Position numbers and translations under genes: made by a program. A model generated the notes under the pieces. That model made no database searches. It was given only the letters and a program-made list of their open reading frames with translations, and was not told the origin of the DNA. Shown here in pieces: positions 63,359-64,000 of a stretch of DNA of 64,000 nt (its first letter is position 1; each line of letters begins with the position of its first letter). Source of the stretch: Octopus sinensis (taxonomy: Eukaryota). Location: contig NC_043004.1 of NCBI RefSeq assembly GCF_006345805.1, forward strand, positions 34,596,001-34,660,000, given 5' to 3'.

Positions 63359-63610
63359 ACACTCACACACACACACACACACACAGACAGAGGTTTCTAG
63401 ACTGCTTCTGTTGTTGCTCAACTTGACACTCCATAAATGTCCCTTAATTGCATTGCTATGCAGTGGACTTGAACCTGTAAGCATGACATTGGAAAGTGAA
63501 CTCCTTAACCACAATGCTATGCTTCTGATAGCAAATTGTTCAAAATCTTTTCATAGTAATCTTGCTACTGTTGCCTGTATATAATAGAGCATTCTCATTT
63601 ATATGATATA

Positions 63611-64000
63611 TGCAGGGTGGCAAAGAGAGGATGGATGTTTTTGAAATGACTATAACTCAGTCCCAGGGGAAGGGACATGTGTTTAACAGGTATCATTCAG
63701 TCGGTGGTGTCTTAGCATTTTTTTCTTTTCAGGTGAAGCCATGGCACTGTGGACGATAGAGCATCACATGTTTGCCTATGACAATTACATGAAGAATAAC
63801 GAGTTTTTCACAGCAGTTCAGTGTGAGTTTCGGCACCACTTCAACATTCATCATAACCAGGCTGTTCCCACCCATAACACAGTCTTATGTTGTATGAATG
63901 CACTTCCTATATGAAGTACATGGGGGGGGGGGAGGAACCACAAACAGTATGGACACCGGAAAATAGGAACATGTGAGACAAGCTTTGTTGGAGGCATTCC
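63611..64000 (+). mobile_element. Tc1/mariner-superfamily relic (DUF4817-like HTH N-terminus), running off the window
   Basis: Start resembles (TA)CAGGGTG; ATG at 63741 gives MALWTIEHHMFAYDNYMKNNEFFTAVQCEFRHHFNIHHNQAVPTHNTV, then a stop. Confidence 0.7.

Overview
AT-rich eukaryotic (animal) genomic DNA, almost entirely repeat-derived intronic or intergenic sequence. The SINE/LINE families and very dense (TA)n, (AAT)n, (GAT)n and (ATAC)n microsatellites look like an octopus (coleoid cephalopod) genome; this is my recognition, not a database result. No host protein-coding gene could be called with confidence, and most ORFs in the track are microsatellite read-through or TE fragments. Supported content: two Penelope-like element (PLE) coding remnants (GIY-YIG at 0.86-1.36 kb; RT C-terminus plus GIY-YIG at 55.2-56.1 kb), several RTE-clade LINE pieces (one with a 7-unit tandem amplification of its 3' UTR), R4/Dong-type restriction-like-endonuclease LINE fragments ending in (AAT)n, Tc1/mariner relics, dozens of tRNA-derived SINEs and a decayed 5S rRNA copy fused to a SINE-like tail. 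The most notable signal is a set of seven type-I hammerhead-ribozyme-like motifs from about five sequence families. Three belong to a module made of a tRNA-like head, a microsatellite and a hammerhead. This module forms the 3' end of an autonomous-type PLE and also occurs alone with target-site duplications, as if it were a ribozyme-carrying SINE mobilised by a PLE. The window also holds several long, near-perfect inverted repeats. Alignments and mismatch counts were done by eye.
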